DNA of 64,000 nucleotides from Eledone cirrhosa (taxonomy: Eukaryota): NCBI GenBank assembly GCA_964016885.1, contig OZ024740.1, forward strand, positions 223,944,001 to 224,008,000, read 5' to 3'. This document shows positions 1-13,430 of the stretch, one piece after another; position 1 is the first letter of the stretch; each line of letters begins with the position of its first letter. A program made the translations under genes and the position numbers. Below the pieces are notes generated by a model. That model was not told the DNA's origin and did no database searches. It saw only the letters and a program-made list of their open reading frames with translations.

Positions 1-2777
1 TTTGAGATTTTGGAACAGCATAATCAATTTGTAAATGTTGTTTCCAGTGTGTGTAGAATATATAACTATATTAAAATTATGTAATGTAGTATCAAGAAAA
101 CAGAAAATATTTTCACAATATTAGTGATTAAAATATCTTAAAATTGATGAAATGATAGGTATTGAAACACCATGGAAAAGTTTCTTTACTATTAATGAAT
201 ATTAGCTTCTCAAGCATGAATATATATGAAACTATAATTCTCAACTAACTCGATATTTCAACTTGAAATTGAAGAAGAAAGAGAACTATCAAATCTTATC
301 TAGCACTAGATCATTAAAAGTATTGTTAGAATCACTCTCACTGCACCACATAAGATGATGTAATGTTATCTTCCAATAATTCTGAAGTTACTAACATTCA
401 AAGACTGCTTGAGAAGGTTCAGTTCACATAAACTTCCTTTGTAAACTTTGTAAAACATTATTTGGTTTTGTTTTGAACCACGTAAAGGATGACATTAGCT
501 ATAGGTCAATAAATATAGACCACCTTACAAAAATAAATTAAGTTTCTACTACATTCTGCTTCAGTTTAAAATAAATGTTACATTCATATCTTTTATATAA
601 CATGCAACTATTATTTCTTTGATACTATATATATATATATATATACACACATATCTTCTGCATTTCTCATCCTCCTTTATTTCTATCTTCTTTATTCCTT
701 ACTTCAGCCTGAAATGTATATTTCTTTGATGTAAAGCAACTTATTTATTGCAGTTCTTGATTTTGGACAGACACAATCACTTCTGACATAACAAATATCT
801 TGTAGCAAACATTTGGATTTTGTGTATGGTTCACAAATTCATTCCTGATATTTTCTAGACTTTAAGACTATAAATCACTCATAAATAATGTTGCATTATG
901 ACAGATTATTCTTCAGGTATGTCACTAAATTCAGAGCCTAGATTTTAATCAGGCAAATGATAGATATAAGAACAAATGTAGTTCATTTCTAAATCCTATG
1001 TACTTTAAAATCAATTTGCCAAACTGAAAATCTAACAACTCAAAAATCTCCATGATTAAATTTCTATTTTCATATTAGTGTAAAGTTTGCTGTAAGCAGT
1101 TAAATACTGGATATAAAACAAGCATGATCAACAGAAGTTAGTAGTACATTTCAATACCACTAAATTGAATAAAAAATAAAAAAGCATTTCATTCCTAAAA
1201 CCCAGCATAATTATATTGCAATGCTGAAATGTTTGAAGGAAATTGAATGTTTCTTTTATTTCTTAATCTACAAATCTTGCCTGTAAAAGATAAAAATCTC
1301 ACGTTTCTTTATTTAATAATCTTACTATGGCAATAAGCTTTGAAAATATAATAAATAATTATTTAATTTTGCTTTGGTAGGAATGCTAACACAAATGTGC
1401 ATATGCAATTTATATATGCTTTACATAGATATAGTAATAAATACCAGTAACAAATAACATGTCTGTTGAAAAGGTATCTGACTTTATTTTTTTTTTTTTT
1501 GTGAAAAGTATTAATGTTAAGAAGACACAAAATTTGCAGAGTGGAGCTGAGTTCCTGAATACCATGATGACTGGAGATGCGATGTGTGTTATGAGTATAA
1601 ACCATACACCAAAGATTAATCCTCACTGTGGAAGTATCCAACACCATCAAGGCCATAAAAAGCATGCCAGCTGCAAGGCAAAGTCAAGGAGATACTGACT
1701 GTTTTCTTTGGCTACTGAGGTGTTGTGCATCATGCATACACACAAGAAGGACAAACAGTTACAAAAGAATACTGTCTGGCAGTTCTCCAACATCTTTGTG
1801 ATGCAGTTTGGTACAAGATATATGAGTTGTATAAAACTGGCAGCTACATCATGTTAATGCCCTGTCTCATTTGTCAAACCTGATTCAAGTTTTCTTTTCA
1901 AAGAAAAGAATTTTGCTCATTCATCAGGCTCCATAGTCTCCAAATGTTGATTCTTCTGATTTCTTTTAAAACTGTTAGGACATCATGTGGATAGTGACAG
2001 AAGAACTGAGAGCCATTCCAGATTAGTCATTGGGCTAAGTGTGTGGAGGCACGAGTGGGCTACTTCAAAGGTGATAAGTAATTGAACCTCAACATGTATG
2101 AAATTCCTTTATCTTCTAATCCTAAGGTCAGATATATTTTCCTTGAATCTTGTATATTATTTCAAATATTACCAATTTTTGTGTGTGTGATTGTGTGTAT
2201 GTGTGTGTGTGTAAGTGTGTGTACATGTGTGTTGTGGGTGGTTGTTTCTAGAAATTGAATAAATTACTTTGATATTTCCTTTACTAAAATGTTACTTTCA
2301 TTGTATTTTATTCATCCAGCATTATGTTTGTAGCAGGATAGGGCTTTCGTTTGTAGAAATATTATATTATATATTTCAGATTCATATCTTAGAATATACA
2401 CAAAAAGTCTTTACTTTTTAATTTGCTTTACCTAAATTCTTATACACTAAAATATGGTCTTCACTATTCAAGTTATTTATTCGTTATGCATGTCACTTTT
2501 CTTATTCCTGAACATAACTCTTCTTTATGGTCACCATTACTTTTTTGCTCCTAGGAAAAAGCTTTCTCTATCACAAGTCTTATATTAATTTGTCAAATTT
2601 ATGTTGTTGGATCTCCATCCGTTCCAACAATGTGTGTTGCATTTTTTAAACAACAGAACAGCTTCTTCGTAAAATGTATGTGTAAGTGATTGAGCATTCC
2701 TCAGACAGAAGCATCTTTAATGTCTTTACCAAGGAAATTCAGTATGGCACAGTTTTACAAGTCTGCCCCACCTTAAT

Positions 2778-2947
2778 TACCATGTTTCCCGGCGCCGAAG
2801 ACGCTTTGTCCTCGAGGACGCACTCTAATTTTGACAACCAAAAGTTTGAAAAAAATATTAACAACCTTCGACCACCAGGCCGCATGGTAGATTTTTGAGA
2901 CTTATTTTAGGAAAAAAGTTGCGTCTTCGACGTCGGGAAGTGCAATA
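2778..2947. mobile_element. Tc1/mariner-pogo-type MITE
   Basis: Imperfect terminal inverted repeats TA-ccatgtttcccggcgccgaagacgc ... gcgtcttcgacgtcgggaagtgcaa-TA around a ~120-bp AT-rich core; CpG-rich relative to its flanks. Confidence 0.7.
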
Positions 2948-3990
2948 CATCTACAACTAATTTTTGCCAACTGAGCACACTGGATCAATACGAAATATAA
3001 GTGATTTGCACTGTTGTTAATCAAAATCACTAATACAAAATTCACTCATGAGCTGAAAAGTTTATAGCCTGACTATGAAGGAGTGATGGTAGATCTGTGA
3101 AATCTTACATTCATTAATTTTAACTCTTCTTATTACTAAATGTATTGTTTCTTTCCAAGGATTAAGTTGAAAAATAAACCTCATTTGGTCATTTCATAAG
3201 TGTATCTGGGTGAGCCTATAAACATTTCAGCAGACCTTCATAAATCATGTGCTAAATCATATGTCATTGTCAAACCCATATGCTGTTATAGGGTGATAAT
3301 TTCAAAGTTAAACAACTATATACAGTTAATTGATATAATTAATGAGAACTGATATGAAAATCCTCATAGAAACTGTATTTTTATGTCATGAGATATTTTT
3401 ACCTGGGATTTATTTTACATAAATACAATACTTATTTATATAATGTGATTTACCATATATTCTAAATAATAACTTATAGATAGTAATTGTTGTACTAGGT
3501 AAGTTATTTGTATATTTTTCAACTTAAGAAAGGTCACTCAAATACATAAATGGGTGACTTGTTCCATAGTTTAAAATCATTAGCAGTTTGTTGTGTGTTA
3601 TTTATAATTCAAAACTGTTTTCAACAGCAAGAAATATTATAAATCCACAATTATCTTGTTTGTTGGTGACCTTTAAAACATTACAATTTTTATAATTTTC
3701 AATTTTAGTTGTAAACAGCTAAAGTTTGCACAAGAACACATAAATGATCTTTTGATGTTTGTGTAAATGTTTATACTGAATGCTTTGCAAAGCTATGTTA
3801 ATATCATCATCACCACCACCGCCATCATTATCATCATCAGCAGCAGCAACATTAATGTGATTTCTTCTATTTACATGTGCATTTAGCTTATGTTTGATTA
3901 AGCTGATTCTTTGAAAGTATCTCTTTCTCTAGCAAATTTGTTATAAATTGTTAATTTCTGTATTACCTTACATTAATTTCTTAAGCAAAA

Positions 3991-4310
3991 TTAGCAGAGT
4001 CATTAAAATGTTGGATAGAATATTTTGGCTCTCAGCTTTCTGAGTTTAAATGTCACAGAGGTCAACTTTGCCTTTCATATTTTCAAGGTCGATAAAAAAA
4101 GTATCAATCTAATAATGTGGTCGATTCTTCCTCTATATTTCTTTATCTCGTCCTCGCTTTCACTTTCTATCCTTCTCTGGAAGAAATCTGCTGTGTTCAG
4201 ACCTGGAGAGGAATAGGCTCAGCTAAGCTTAAAAAATGCCCTAGAAATGTTGTATGTCAATATGGCATCCCTATGACACCACCAGGTGTATGGGACCATC
4301 CATACATATA
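3991..4310 (+). mobile_element. Degenerate tRNA-derived SINE (group 1; gaggtcaactttgcctttcat...ggtcgataaaa core) with an extended tail
   Basis: Shares its core with the 5646-6024 and 35708 copies and its tail with 37290-37570. Confidence 0.65.
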
Positions 4311-4764
4311 TATCTTACATTAATCACTTATGTAGAATTGAGATGTTTCAATGGGTGGATATGGTTTTGCTTGTGAATTCAAATATGTATCAGGTATTTC
4401 ATTTTATCCTGTGCATTTGGTGTTATAAGCCTTCAGGGCAAACATGCCAATTGAAATGTTTGTCAGGTGACCAATCTAGGTTATGCATTATTAATCTATG
4501 AAGTGGATGATTGGTATGGAAAAAATATTTGGCTATTTAAGAACATTTATAAAAGAAAGCGTTTTATTTAATCATATCATCAGAGTTGGTTTCAGATAAG
4601 TTGGGATACAAAAGGTTAAATATATAATATAGTGCCCCACATTCTACAACACCACTATTCTGAATTGTTGGCTCTACAATTTTCAGTTAAAAGAAACTTT
4701 ATTTGATTCCATCCTAAATTGAGGTTCTCATTTTTTTCTAACAACTTTATATATCTTATCTTAA

Positions 4765-5068
4765 TCCCATAACTCCTGAGGGAGTCATAGGGGCTCCCTA
4801 TTCCCATATGCCATCACTAGAGCCTTAATAAACATGGCAGCAGCCATCTCCTCTCCAAGACTGAATGCAGCAGATTTCTTCCAGAGAGAGAATGGAAGTT
4901 AGAAAGAGATTAGAGGAGGAATTGGCACCAATTCTTAAATGCTACTTTTTTTTATCAAGCTCGAGTGAATGAAAGGCAAAGTTAACATTGGTAGGATTTG
5001 AACTGCGAGAGAAGAGAGTCACAAAGCACTCTATCTAACGTTCTAATGACTCTGCCAATTCACTGCCT
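4765..5068 (-). mobile_element. Degenerate group 1 SINE
   Basis: Reverse-complement match to the core (gaatgaaaggcaaagttaac...ggatttgaact) and to the tail of 3991-4310. Confidence 0.55.
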
Positions 5069-5566
5069 TAACAACTTTATACTATATACTAAATAACTTG
5101 TTTCAAGCTTATGGATTAACTGATTAATATTATCTTTCAAGTGAACTCTGTATGAAATAAATGTTACTGGATTGTATTTAGATATAGAAAAAGATCTAGA
5201 TCCTTTGCTGATGTTTAGCACTTTTGTGACTGTATTTCTAATCAAATAAACTCAATTTTAATTAATCAATTATAAAATTTGATGGATTTACTAACATTAT
5301 TAATAATTTCATTATTAAGATAGTAACTTAATATATAATTCTTATATAAAATTATGTTGGAAGATTTTAATTGAATCATAAAGCTTTTAAAAATGGTGGT
5401 TTTGTTTCATAGAACCAGAGCAGGTTTGACCAGGTTGATATCAAATAGGTTAAGCACATTGCTTCATGAAAAACATCTAGTTATATAGTAATTAAAATTC
5501 AATAGAACAGCATATAAAAAAATTGCCAGTAGTTACTTTACTTGAATAAAGTCTTAAATTAATTAA

Positions 5567-5627
5567 GTGTTTCTACTTTTGGCACAAGGCCAGCAATTAT
5601 CCCAGTGTATTACAGTGTATTACAGCT
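5567..5627 (-). mobile_element. 5'-truncated group 1 SINE 3' end flanked by an 18-bp TSD
   Basis: tgtttctacttttggcacaaggccagcaatta; aagtcttaaattaattaa at 5549-5566 and 5628-5645. Confidence 0.65.
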
Positions 5628-5645
5628 AAGTCTTAAATTAATTAA

Positions 5646-5832
5646 TTGTTTCTACTTTAGGCACAAGGCCAGGAATTACCCAGTGCATTACTGGTACTTT
5701 TATTTTATCGACCCCGTAAGGATGAAAGGCAAAGTCAACCTCGGCGGGATTTGAACTCAGATCGTAAAGGGACGTAACTATGTTGGAAAGCATGGCTTCC
5801 GACCCTCTACCGATACTGCCAATCCACCGCCC
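5646..5832 (-). mobile_element. Full-length group 1 tRNA-derived SINE, copy 1
   Basis: Minus-strand A-box-like tggcagtatcgg and B-box gagttcaaatcc; near-identical to the adjacent copy. Confidence 0.85.
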
Positions 5833-5837
5833 TCAAA

Positions 5838-6024
5838 TTGTTTCTACTTTAGGCACAAGGCCAGCAGTTACCCAGTGCATTACTGGTACTTTTATTTTAT
5901 CGACCCCGTAAGGATGAAAGGCAAAGTCAACCTCGGCGGGATTTGAACTCAGATCGTAAAGGGACGTAACTATGCTGGAAAGCATGGCGTCCGACCCTCT
6001 ACCGATACTGCCAATCCACCGCCC
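5838..6024 (-). mobile_element. Full-length group 1 tRNA-derived SINE, copy 2 (tandem)
   Basis: Direct repeat of 5646-5832 with few substitutions; followed by tcttaaattaattaa at 6026-6040. Confidence 0.85.
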
Positions 6025-8403
6025 ATCTTAAATTAATTAATATTATAAAATTTGGTAGAGAAGAGAAACATTGTGTGCAAGGATCAACTCATAATTTCAT
6101 GCATTGACCAAATGCAGTTTACTTTACAACATAGTCTTAGAAAGAAATAATGCAGTTAGTAATAAGGTTTGAAATTTAGGCATGCAAGATTTCACAGCTC
6201 TAGCGTCAATCCTTCATAGTCAGCCTATGGAATTTTCAAGGTAGTCATTAGCTAACTTAGACACCTCATGGGTGGAACTGGGATTTGATCTCGGTGTACA
6301 GTAAAGTGGAACATATTATACCTGACACTCTGGCTCCACATTATATCCCTATATATGACAGTCTTCTTCACATTTAATCTGTCAAATGTCACCCCAAATG
6401 CCTCCTTCAACCTGAGGCTATAGTAACCTACTTTGTCCTACAGTGAGATTGAACCTAAAACCATATAGTTGCAAAAAAAATTACTTAACCACACAGCTAT
6501 AATTGCACAGGACAAACAGAATTTGAAATTGAATTCAAAAGGAAATCTTATGTAAAGTGTATGTTAAGTAAATATATCTCCTACCCAACAGTGAATATGC
6601 GTTTGTAGACATCTATAGTAAAAGATTATTATATGTTAAATGGAAGACTTAAAGCTATTTTCCTTTCCTTCACAGATTAATCATATTAGTTTTCACTATT
6701 CTAACTTGTATGTTATTGATATTTTTGTATTATTCAGCTAAAGCTGATAGTAACTAATTTGTTCAATCTATACAATATCCGTTGGTAAATTACTAATATT
6801 CATAATTGAAACACGTGCACAGCCATGTAGCTATTCCGTATTGAATTGTGAAATAAAAACCTAACTATTCAGATGGAAAATTGTAACATTAACATACAAA
6901 GCCTCACAGAATGATAGTTATTACTTTTAGTAAACATTGCCGAAAGCTTTAAGATTGCATATATATCAATTCTCCTAAGTTACTATATGGTTGTCTTAAG
7001 AAAATTATCTAATATTGCTTATCTTGCTGTAGCTAAGTTAAGAAACAAAATTCCTAAGTATTCGGTACTTTTCACTGTTTTGCTGGATAATAATAAATAT
7101 TACATTATGTATTAAGAAAGGGAAGCTGGTACAAATGTTCACAACAATAATGTAATGTTGTTGCAACTGGCACACTAACACCTTATAATGGCCGCAAGAA
7201 GAGCTTAATTTCAAGATTACATTCTTTATTATCAATTAACCAATTTGACTGCATCTATTTTAGCTGCTTATTTTGTTCTGTGATAGCCAGAGTAAGGTAG
7301 CAGTAATAATGTCTGCTGCTTTTCTAGTACAGTGATTAGTTGAATTTCATTATATCTAATTAATTATCAGAGAAACGTTCTTGTTAAAAAACAACTTCAC
7401 ACATAAGTTATTTGATTAAAGAAAATCAATTTTAATGGTTCTAGTTTTACACCTTTCTTCTCAAACTTCATTGGATCATCTCTTTCTATTGTGATGCTAA
7501 TGCTACAACATTCAGAAATGGAACACCAAGGAATTTCATTCATAGCAACTAAAGAAAATGAAAGAAAAGTAAAGAAATTAAATAAAGTACAGTGTTGAAG
7601 CAATATAAATAATCAATACATTTCCAAGTTTTGTCTATGTTCGTGAGTCTTCATGCTGTTGCCTATTATTGATTAGCTTGACATTAATAGATATGCAGGT
7701 ATATGAAATAAGTATTAATGATATATTATATAGTGTAGATGAATGAAATGTATGATGTAAAGCTATATTGAAGTTTTCAAAATTGTGCTTAATAGTTGCT
7801 ATACTTTCTATATTCATTTTAATAACTTTTGCCTAAAAATCTTAACATATAGAGGAAAATATATGCATGTATATGCTGAGGTTCCAAATTATAGGCTACA
7901 GTTTTGAACCTAGGTTACTGAAATTTTACATATAGGGACGTTTTTTAAATATTTTCAAAACAGGAATATGCTATCAAACAAATTACTGGCACGTATGGTG
8001 TATTTCAATTTGATACTATAGTAAACTATAGTATTTAGACTTTATCCATCACTACATTCACAAACTAATGAAGATTACTTAGATATATTGGAAAGTCATA
8101 AGAATATCCCTTTTCTTAAATGCTTCCAAGTACTGTAATAGATATTTGAAACAATTACTGGCTAGAAAAATAATTAATTTAGAGTAATTATGTAAACTAG
8201 CAGAAAAACCATCCCTGGGCGGTTTTCTGCTAGTATATATAATGTGCATATTAGTATTATACGCAAACATATATATGTATATAGATTGAAAAGTAAATTG
8301 ACAATATATTCTTCTTCGTCCACTTATCTCTGAGAGGGTCATAGGGCAAAATCCTTCTCAAACACACCTTCCAGCGAGTCTGTCAGAAGCAAACATCTCT
8401 AAC

Positions 8404-9517
8404 CAGTGGTGGACTGGGTCTAACAATATTGATTGCCAGGAGATAAATGAGAGCCCCCCCCCCCCACATATAGAATGCTATCATTTAATTTTTATAATGA
8501 ATAAATAACATTTTCAAAACAGTGCAATTAAATTTTTACTAATTATGGTGCATATATACTGTACATATTACTGGTTTGTAAACAGTAATACTACGTGTTA
8601 ATACAGAATGTTATAATTGAATTTTTAAATAATTGTGAATGTATAGTATACTATAAATAATTGTGAATGTAGAGTATGCAAGTGACCGTTCTTACATTCT
8701 CCAATAAAAAAAAATATAAAGTACCTTGTGAAATATACACATCCAGAGACTTTCAATAATGACCTTTGGTCTTCTACACTTACTCAATATATATATCTGG
8801 GAGTGTGTGTATGTGTGAATATATAGACTCATGAATATATAGACTCATTCTCTCTAGGGACTTTAGACTGAAGAACTGACCACTAATTGATTTTACATGT
8901 CTTTAACCCATTGATATAAAAAGTTATTTGGCCAGCAGCTTGTGTGTATGTGTAAACATATATATCATCATCATCGTCATCATCATTTTACGTCCGCTTT
9001 TCTCTGCTTTCAAGGGTTGGATAGGTCCTATTCAGCACAGCTTCTGTCCACTTGTCATGATCCTTCGTTATCTCCTCAGTGAGTTTCAATGAACTGAGGT
9101 CTGCTCTCACCATCTCCGCCCATGTTTTTCATGGTCTACCCCTACTGCATCTTCCTTCTACTTGGATTTCTTGGCACTTCTTTACCCAGCGGTCATCCTC
9201 CATATATATATATATATGCTTGTGTGTGTGTCTGTCCATGCATGAATCAATACAATAAGCTAGACAACCATTGATTCTAACTGTTAACACTATCATATAT
9301 TTTGGTTTCCATTAATTTCTAGGGAATTGTTTGACCAAATGCTTTGCGTATTTTTTAGAAATTTTTATTCTTTCTCTTACACTTGTTTCTAAAGATATTT
9401 TTTGAAAGCTAAGCATTGGCCCCTGAAATACTACAGTGGGCTCCTGCAATGCTACCTTGGGCCAGCTGGGGCTCACTTGTCATTGGGCAACCTGGCAACC
9501 TGGCCAGTCCAGCACTG
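8404..9517. mobile_element. Non-autonomous hAT-type DNA transposon
   Basis: 14-bp TIRs cagtggtggactgg / ccagtccagcactg (1 mismatch); 8-bp TSD tctctaac (8396-8403) / tctctaat (9518-9525). Confidence 0.8.
8965..9202 (-). mobile_element. RTE LINE 3' end nested in the hAT element
   Basis: Reverse complement of the 27910-28150 RTE end, including the gcggacgtaaaatgatg tail. Confidence 0.75.
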
Positions 9518-10484
9518 TCTCTAATTGATCCAGCTGGATCCCAAAGCGGTCAAGCTCATGAATGTTATCCAACTATCTTGCTCAGGGTCTACCTTTGCGT
9601 CTCCTGCCAGTTAGTTTTGCCTGTAAAATCTGTCCAAACGATTCTTTCCTAAGACATTTTAATCACATGCCCATAGTATCAGAACTGTGATCTCTCAATT
9701 CAGAGAAGTAGCGGCTTTACCAAGAGCGACATTCTGATCTCCGAGCTATGCACTTTATCAAATAACGTTACTCCACAGACCCTTCGGAGAAACCCTCTCG
9801 GTAAGGGTTGGCAGGAATACTATGAAGACAGCGAGTTTGGCTTTTACATCTACCAGCTTCTTCTGATGGCTGAATCAGCTTTTGCAATGTTTGCATTTAA
9901 TTCAGCCTCCTGCCTTCCATCATGCGTGAACATGGCCCTGAGATACTTGAAATTCTCTACCAGCTTCAGTAGAACTCCATTCACATGTATATAAATCTGA
10001 GGGACTTCTGTTCACCCGTCCATCACACAATGTGGTTCTGTGTTTGTATGATTGTATGTGAGTGTAAAAGGAAGGCAGGGGATACACAGGGGATACACAC
10101 AAACACTGACAAAATCATGAACTCGCACATACACACACTATCCTATTACCACTTTAAAACTTTGACCTGGGCAACCATCCCCTCAATTTTAGAACTGTCT
10201 GTGCTGTCCAGAATTGATGGGAAAAGATCTGATGCTCTAACCCTGTGCCCCTGGTCAAGAGGCATGTGCCTTATCTGGGATATCACAGTTAGTGACACTT
10301 TTGCTTCTTCCCACATCCTGGAGTGGTAAGGGCTACAGCATCTGCAACTGAAATATGTGTGTGTATATGTTTGTGTGAATGTATGAGTGTGTATTTTTGT
10401 AAATGTATGTATATGCACATAAACACACACATACACATACACATCAGCTTGTTGAAAAAATCCTAATCTCTTCATCTTTCTTTT

Positions 10485-10552
<68 letters not shown>

Positions 10553-10553
<1 letters not shown>

Positions 10554-10864
10554 GGTGACAGCCATCATTGGCTGTGACCTCTTCAGGCAGTCTGAATTGG
10601 TGTTGGAAAGACAGATACACATAGTGTTGAAATGTGTTTTACATCGTCAATACATAAATATGTCCAGCTCCTGGTTGTGTTGTTATTCTTCTGAGAAACT
10701 GAAATTATATGTTTCCAGTTCCTCAGAAGAATAAAAACACAGCCAGGAGCTGGACATATTTATGTATTGACGGAGTAAAACACACTTCAACAACATGTTT
10801 ATCTGTCTTTCCCACACCAATTCGGACTGCCTGAAGATGCTGTTACTGAAATATATATAGCAGT
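10553..10864. mobile_element. Fold-back (inverted) PLE-type terminal remnant; ~125-bp arms at ~10580-10702 and ~10714-10837
   Basis: Long inverted repeat seen directly; both outer ends carry a CTGAAGA hammerhead core pointing outward; the left end abuts (TA)n. Confidence 0.75.
10826..10864 (+). ncRNA. Minimal type I hammerhead ribozyme motif
   Basis: actgc-CTGAAGA-tgctgttact-GAAA-TATATA-TA-gcagt: 5-bp stem I, intact core, palindromic stem III; stem II degenerate. Confidence 0.7.
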
Positions 10865-11021
10865 ATATCTATAATTTATAATAAACAAAGCCAAATTTTA
10901 CATATTTGACTTAATTATTTTACATTACTCTGGAGTAAACAAACCAACCTGCATACTTTGTCATGTGCTCCAATCTGCATACTGAGGTGTTGGTAAACAA
11001 CCAACATATACTCAAAATTTA

Positions 11022-11194
<173 letters not shown>

Positions 11195-11251
11195 TATTAA
11201 AAAAATAATGAATAAACAAAGAAACAGTTCCTTATATTAAACAAAAAAAGT

Positions 11252-11392
11252 TCATTATTTTACGATCGTTTCTAGGACATATATGTGTTAGAATTGGTAT
11301 GCATATTCAAAAGATCTATGTACAAAATTATACAAACTATCAGAGGGAATATACATACCTTCACATATATATGCTCTCTTCAGAAATAATGA
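11252..11392 (-). ncRNA. Type I hammerhead ribozyme with a long stem II loop
   Basis: Minus strand: tcattattt-CTGAAGA-gagcatatatatgtg...cacatatatgtccta-GAAA-CGATCG-TA-aaataatga; 9-bp stem I, palindromic stem III, GUA cleavage triplet. Confidence 0.85.
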
Positions 11393-11661
11393 TGCTTGTT
11401 TATTGATAATAACAACAATTCAATACAATAGGTCTGTTTGGGAACAGATTTTGAATAGACCAATGAAATAAAGATTGAGATACATAAAAATCTATCAAGA
11501 AAACACAGTTTGGTGTGTATATATGTATGTAAATACGCTCACAGATGTGCATAAATGTGTATGCTCATATGTATACGTATAGTGAAAAAGTGTATGTAAA
11601 TATAAAATTTAGGGCTAATTTAGGGCTAAAAAGTAATATATGGTCTAATGCTTTACTAGGG

Positions 11662-11701
<40 letters not shown>

Positions 11702-12929
11702 GTTGAAGTGTTAACATTTGATACTTTTTAAAGAAGTGAATTTTGAAATACGCAATCAATTCATTTATGTTTAACCAAGAGTTACAAAATTTAGTACATA
11801 AATTATATAATATTCATTCATTATTTATTCAAAGTAATCCACCTTATTTTACTAACAGGACAAAAAATATAAACAGGACACAATCCTGCACTCCTCTCTT
11901 TATTATAGTAAGATTAGTGAAATATTTTTTAAAAAGTGTTTTTCCTGAAAATAAGGGAAATGTAAAACAAGTTTTATTTTAGGTACTATATATATTTATT
12001 TTTTGCTCATTTTTATGATGTTCAACTTGAAACATTGTTTGAAGGCTACATGTCTGTGTGAATAAATACTGTCTGACCAACAGATGATTGTCAGCAACTT
12101 TTTAAGGCAATTAATCCAAAGTTATGGAAATCACATGACTATTTATATTAGATGGCATTAAAATCATGAATTAAACTCATAAAAATAAGGTAGGCTACTG
12201 CTACTAGTATGTAAGATGAATATTAAATAATCGGTGTAAGACAAGTATTCACTGATTTATAAAATCTAAGTCATATTTAAGCCTTATTTATAACAGAGGT
12301 ATTGTGTGTATAGATCATTTAGTATTGCCAAGACTGTTTATTTTAAAAAGTAATATATGGTCTAATGCTTTACTACCTAACTATCTAGTTATCTACATTT
12401 TTAATATATAGATCTCACTCTTAGCCAACTCAAGCTGAGCGCAACAATTATCAAGATGACATTAAAAAAAAAATTCTCATAAAAATAATTCTTAACTCTT
12501 ATGTAAACATCATTTACAGTCATTATATGTTAAATCATCTATGACTATCTGTCATATATAATATATTTTACTTTTAATCTACAAATTGATTTTCTTAGTA
12601 TTGTTAATTTGTAAATGCTGTTAACATTTTCACACCACCCCATCATATATAAGCCCAACAATCTACCCATACATCAATTGACTACCTAAAATGCTAGACT
12701 TTAGTTAGTGGCTGAAGTTTCTTTATTACATGCAAGGATCACATGGTTAAAAAATTAAACATGCCCGTGTCCATGCTAATATCATTGTGAAAGACTCAAA
12801 CACAACTCAATTCCCTGATTCACTGAAATAAACAACATACTAATGCTGATATTGGTTTTCATTTATTACTCATTTCCTCCACTTATTACTCATTTTTCTC
12901 AGACAGCTTCCATTCTGTATTCAGAAAAA

Positions 12930-13430
12930 GGGAGGTAGGTGTAAAAGCCAAACTTGCTATCTTCAATTCGGTATTCATGCCAACTGATACCTATTGTCAC
13001 GAATCTTGGGTAATGACTAAAAGAATATGATCACAAATACAAGCATCCAAATGAGGTTCCTCTGAAAGGTCTTTGGAGTAATGTTACTTTATAAAGTACA
13101 CAGTTTGGAGATGAGAGTGTCACTTCAGATAGAGCGGTTAATTATCTTCTCTGAATTGAGAGATCACAGCTCCTATAATATGGGCATGTGGTTAGAATGT
13201 CTCAGGAAAAAATAGCTCAACAGATTTTATGGGAAAAATCAATTGGTAGGCGACCCAGGTGTAGACCTCCAAGCAATATAGTTACATAACATCCATTAGC
13301 TTGGCAGGTACCACATGGGAATCCAGCCAGATCAGTTGCAGACAGTTGCTTCTGATAGGACCCACTAGAAGGAGTGTTTGAGTAATCTGCCACCATGACC
13401 CTCTCAGGAATAAGTGGGTGAAGAAGAAGA
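12930..13430 (+). mobile_element. RTE-clade (Expander/Rex3-like) LINE 3' fragment
   Basis: Decayed RT C-terminus (YGHVVRMSQE-like) and a 3' end finishing in gaagaagaag. Confidence 0.7.

Larger units (their letters stand above)
8311..9920 (-). mobile_element. RTE-clade (Expander/Rex3-like) LINE 3' fragment split by a hAT insertion (pieces ~8311-8403 and ~9518-9920)
   Basis: The two pieces are collinear with the plus-strand copy at 12930-13430, including the gaccctctcag...ataagtg...gaagaag 3' end. Confidence 0.7.
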
